A stretch of 64,000 nucleotides of DNA from the human T2T-CHM13v2.0 reference genome, Homo sapiens. The stretch is taken from NCBI RefSeq assembly GCF_009914755.1, contig NC_060929.1; one strand, given 5' to 3'. Positions 59,286 through 64,000 of the stretch are shown piece by piece. Below the pieces are notes generated by a model. It saw nothing but the letters and a program-made list of their open reading frames with translations. It did no database searches and was not told the origin of the DNA. The position numbers were made by a program, and so were the translations under genes. The first letter of the stretch is position 1, and each line of letters begins with the position of its first letter.

Positions 59286-60594
59286 TCCTTTACATGCTGG
59301 GCAGATACTACTTTAATTTAGTAGAGAATGAGAAAAGAATAATAAAGCAGTAGCTAAAAGGAGACTCCTTCAGGAGTTTTTGATGAAAAAGTATGGCATT
59401 CATCATATTTACCTGTAATCGCCTTGGAGCCAATCTAGAGAGTGAGGTTAAAGATACAGAAGAGACAGAAGTAATCGATAAAGCCACTTCTCTCAGAAGG
59501 AAGAAAGGGATAGGGTCTGGTGCACAATTCTGAGGATTAGTCTTAAGTGCAAGAGAAGACTGCATTCCCACTTAAATTCAGAGTGGGAGAGAAGAATGGC
59601 TTGAATACAACTTGGTTTGAGAGTCTTCTGGCCGGAAGAAGAGTGAATTTCCATCCCATGGCTTTTACTTTATTTGTGCAGACATTGCTGAAAAGGAGTG
59701 ATCTAGTTGGAGATTAAGGAGATTGAAGAGAATTCTGAAAATCCTGTGGAGAATGAGAAGTGAAATGAGCAGGAAACCAGAAAGGCTTCTGATCACTATG
59801 GAAAACCTAACTGAGAATAGAAACTGAAAATGAATTCAGACACCAACCCTAATGACTGTCAGGTTTTCTCCAGCAGCCCCCAGGGCTGGTAGTGGAAAAG
59901 GCAGTTTTTTATTAGGCAAACAGTTAAGTAGAAATACCTAGGACAAGTAAGTTGAGGATATTGACTAGGGAGAGCTTGAATTGAAGGAAATGGATGTTGA
60001 AATATTGAAGAGTTCTGTAAAGTATTAGGAAAGTAAAGAGAGATGGAATCTGGAAGAAGGACAGTAGATGGGTCATGTCCTATCCCAAAGGTTTTTGTGT
60101 GGTTTAGTCTTAAACAATCAGAAACCAACTCTAACTTAAGGGTGAAGTGGAGGTTGGGAAGTGGAGTTTGTTATAAATATATCAGGTAGCTCACAGATTT
60201 AAAACTCAGTCTGAAGAAAAAATCATGCTTCAGCGATATAGAAACTATTGCAGCTTTGGTGTCCAGGGTTTTAGAAAGTAATGGACACCTTCAGTATCAC
60301 TACTGGGAAAAATTAGTTCTACTATTTGTTCATTCTTGTTACTGCTTAGGGTTCAAATACTGAGAAGAAAGGTTAAGATTTAAATGATCTTGCTTAGATT
60401 TTGTGCCCACCCCCTTGGGCAGGAGATTGACTATTCTATCAAGACTATATGAAATTGGCTGGGTGCGGTGGCTCACGCCTGTAATCTCAGCACTTTGGGA
60501 GGCTAAGGCAGGTGGATCACTTGGGGTCAGGAGTTCGAGACCAGCCTGGCCAACATGGTGAAACCCGGTCTCTACTAAAAAAATACAAAAATTA

Positions 60595-60786
<192 letters not shown>

Positions 60787-61956
60787 CTATATGAAATGGA
60801 GTTTGGGAAGTTCCTCAAAGGAAAACAGAGATACCGTTTACAGAAGAAGGAGAATGGAAGCAACACTGGCAAAACCAACAGATGCTCAGCATTTGTAGAT
60901 TTTGTGTGTGGGTACTGAGCTTATGCAAATAAAGCATGAGTTGGTATGAAGAGGGAGACATTGAATAAAATACTAATTCTTTTTAAAGTTTAATTTTTCT
61001 GAATTACAAAATAATACATGTACATTGTAAAAATAATTAAAACTATCCACCTTCTCTGATCTTTAATTAATATGGATTAATGACCAAAATATTGCTATAT
61101 ATGATAGCAAAGGGCAGAAGCAGGTAGGAAGTGATAGATTAATTTGAAATCACTGTCTGAACATTTTCTATGGTCTAGATTCCGTCGCGTACACGGTGGA
61201 TATGAAATGAGAGTTTGTTCTCTTGCTCATAAGTACAAGTATGAAATGGTGCTTTGAAAACTAAGATCATATACACAGCCAAGCTTTATAGTACTAAAAA
61301 TGTCTCCTTTTGAGAAAGATATAGATAAGTTTGTGTCTTCAACTTATATAATGCAATCAAATATGAATATAGTTTTAAACTTATTTTGAAATATGCTTAC
61401 ATAAGCCCTATATTTCACTTTGGTTTTGTTGTTGTTGTTTTTTTCCATTGTCTACTATTATGAAGACTATGTATAACTTTTCCCCAAAAACACACCCCTT
61501 CCAGCCTGCTTTAGAAAGTCAACATTTTAGTATAACCAGTATTATTGAGTACATTCTACTTAGTATATAGTAATACAGTAATGTTTGTTTTTCCTCCAAT
61601 CACAATTCTCAATAGTGCTTTGTAGAGAGTCTCTCAAGACAATTTCTTGGTCACATTCCACAACTTTCTCATCATTTTTAGTTATTAAAAACACAAAACA
61701 AAGCCAAACTAATTTCACTCCAGTGTAAAAATTCAATCTTAAGTCTGATTCAAATACAATCTCCTCAGCTCCCTTTATTAGTATCTGACTCCTTTGTCAG
61801 GGAGGAGGAATATTAGAGATGGTGGGGTTGCTTATTGGAGATGAGGCAGTGTCTTTCCCCTCAAGACTTTGTATGATTTTATTGCTGTTGGTGGTCTCAT
61901 AACTTGTTGCAATTTTTAGGATTGTTTAGCTTCATCTTGATTCACTGTATCAATGA

Positions 61957-62308
<352 letters not shown>

Positions 62309-62463
62309 TGAACTCCTGACCTCGTGATCTGCCCAGCTTGGCCTCCCAAAATGCTGGGATTACAGGTGTGAGCCTCTGCACCCGGCCTTCTCTTCCCTTC
62401 TTTATATTCCTTCAAATTGAGTCAAACTTGAAAGTCCTCCTTCTGTACCCGTTGGTAAATGAA

Positions 62464-62835
62464 TGTTGTTTTAGTCAGTTTGGGCTGCTATAACAGAAAA
62501 CCATAGACTGAGTGGCTTAAACAACAAATGTTTATTTCTCACAGTTGTGAAGGCTGGAATTCTAAGATGAGGGTGTCTGCAGGTCCTGTGTCTGGTGGGA
62601 GTACTTTTCGTGGTTTGCAGATGGTCATCTTTTTGCTGTGTCTTTAGATGTTGGACAGCAGAGAGGGCAAGCTCATGTCTCTTCTAATGAGGGTACTAAT
62701 CCCATTCATGAGGACTCCACTCTCATGACTTAATTACCTCCCCAAAGTTCTACCTCCTAGTACCATCATATTGGGGATTAGGATTTCAGCATATCAATTT
62801 TTGGGGGTGGGGGGACACAAACATTCAGTCCATAA
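62464..62835 (-). mobile_element. MLT1A-like solo LTR
   Basis: ttagtcagtttgggctgctataacagaaaaccatagactgagtggcttaaacaac...acattcagtccata. Confidence 0.8.
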
Positions 62836-63384
62836 AAATAAGGAAACCTAGAATGGGATGGACATTTTCTTCACCTTCTTTTAAAGCGCCCCACAATATG
62901 GTCTTTTTAAAAAATTCCACTTTTCCGGGGTTTGCTTGCCAGTCTTCCATCTTCAAAATCTTCAGGAAAGAATCAGGCGCAATTCTTGATGTTCAGATAT
63001 GCTTCCAAATTCCAAAAGACACATGTCAGTTTCTCCCACAGACTCTCTCACTCAGCGTAGTGAACTTTGAAGTCAGACTTGGGGTGAGTCTCTAGGTTCC
63101 CAACTCTGTAAGTATTCAACTAGGTAGTAGCTGTCAGTCTTTCCTCTGTGCAAGCACTCCCACTCTGTATTCCTTTGAAACTCCCTCTTCACTTGGCTTC
63201 TAGTGGGTTGAGGGAAAATATTTTCCTGCTCACTCACTCAGGGCTGAAATGTTGATTGGGAGTAGCAGATGTGGTTCCTTTGCATCTGAATAAGCCCTTA
63301 GAGAGGTTTCCGGCCTTTAACAGCCTAGAATCTTTATGAATTTTTGTCATCATTTTTTCAGTCATAATAACAATTCCAAGATAA

Positions 63385-63681
<297 letters not shown>

Positions 63682-64000
63682 TAAAGTGCTGGGATTACAG
63701 GCGTGAGCCACTGTGCCTGGTAGCATAAAACTAAACTAAATGATATCCATTCTTATGTGATACTGTGGTCTATAATGAAAAGCAAAAAACACAAACTCTA
63801 ACCCACAGGATATAGTAAACCAGATCCTTTCAATGCTTAAGATTTTTAAGTTAGGAAACTTTAAAGTAGCATTAACTTTTCAAGGTCCCCAAAAGTACTA
63901 TTAATGAATAATATTAGAGTTGTTTTGTTTTACATTCTGTCAGAACGTAGTAGGTAAAACATGGGTGTTAGAGTGAGGGAGAGAGGTTAAGCCTATCATG

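Overview
Primate (human or great-ape; an SVA is present) genomic DNA, not prokaryotic. The window contains the complete 8-exon ARRDC3 gene (alpha-arrestin; human 5q14.3) on the minus strand. Its CDS runs 44944->33250 and assembles by hand into 1245 nt / 414 aa, with all introns GT-AG and two C-terminal PPxY motifs. It has a ~2.7 kb 3'UTR ending near 30580, a CpG-rich promoter at ~45100-45700, and a second CpG island in intron 1 that probably drives the antisense lncRNA ARRDC3-AS1. The flanks are dense in repeats: about 45 Alu/FAM/FLAM pieces, a full THE1A provirus, MST/MLT/MER41 LTRs, L1 3' ends, MER20/MER5/MADE1 DNA elements, a doubly truncated SVA and an RPS18 processed pseudogene. Almost all other ORFs in the track are repeat-derived. 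I see no evidence for a wholly new biological system. The most unusual items are a ~111-bp local templated insertion inside an Alu, an SVA polyadenylated at the very start of its LTR, a MADE1 with symmetrically altered arms, two uORFs in the ARRDC3 leader, and in-frame intron read-throughs. Repeat subfamily calls and boundaries are from recalled consensus sequences and are approximate.
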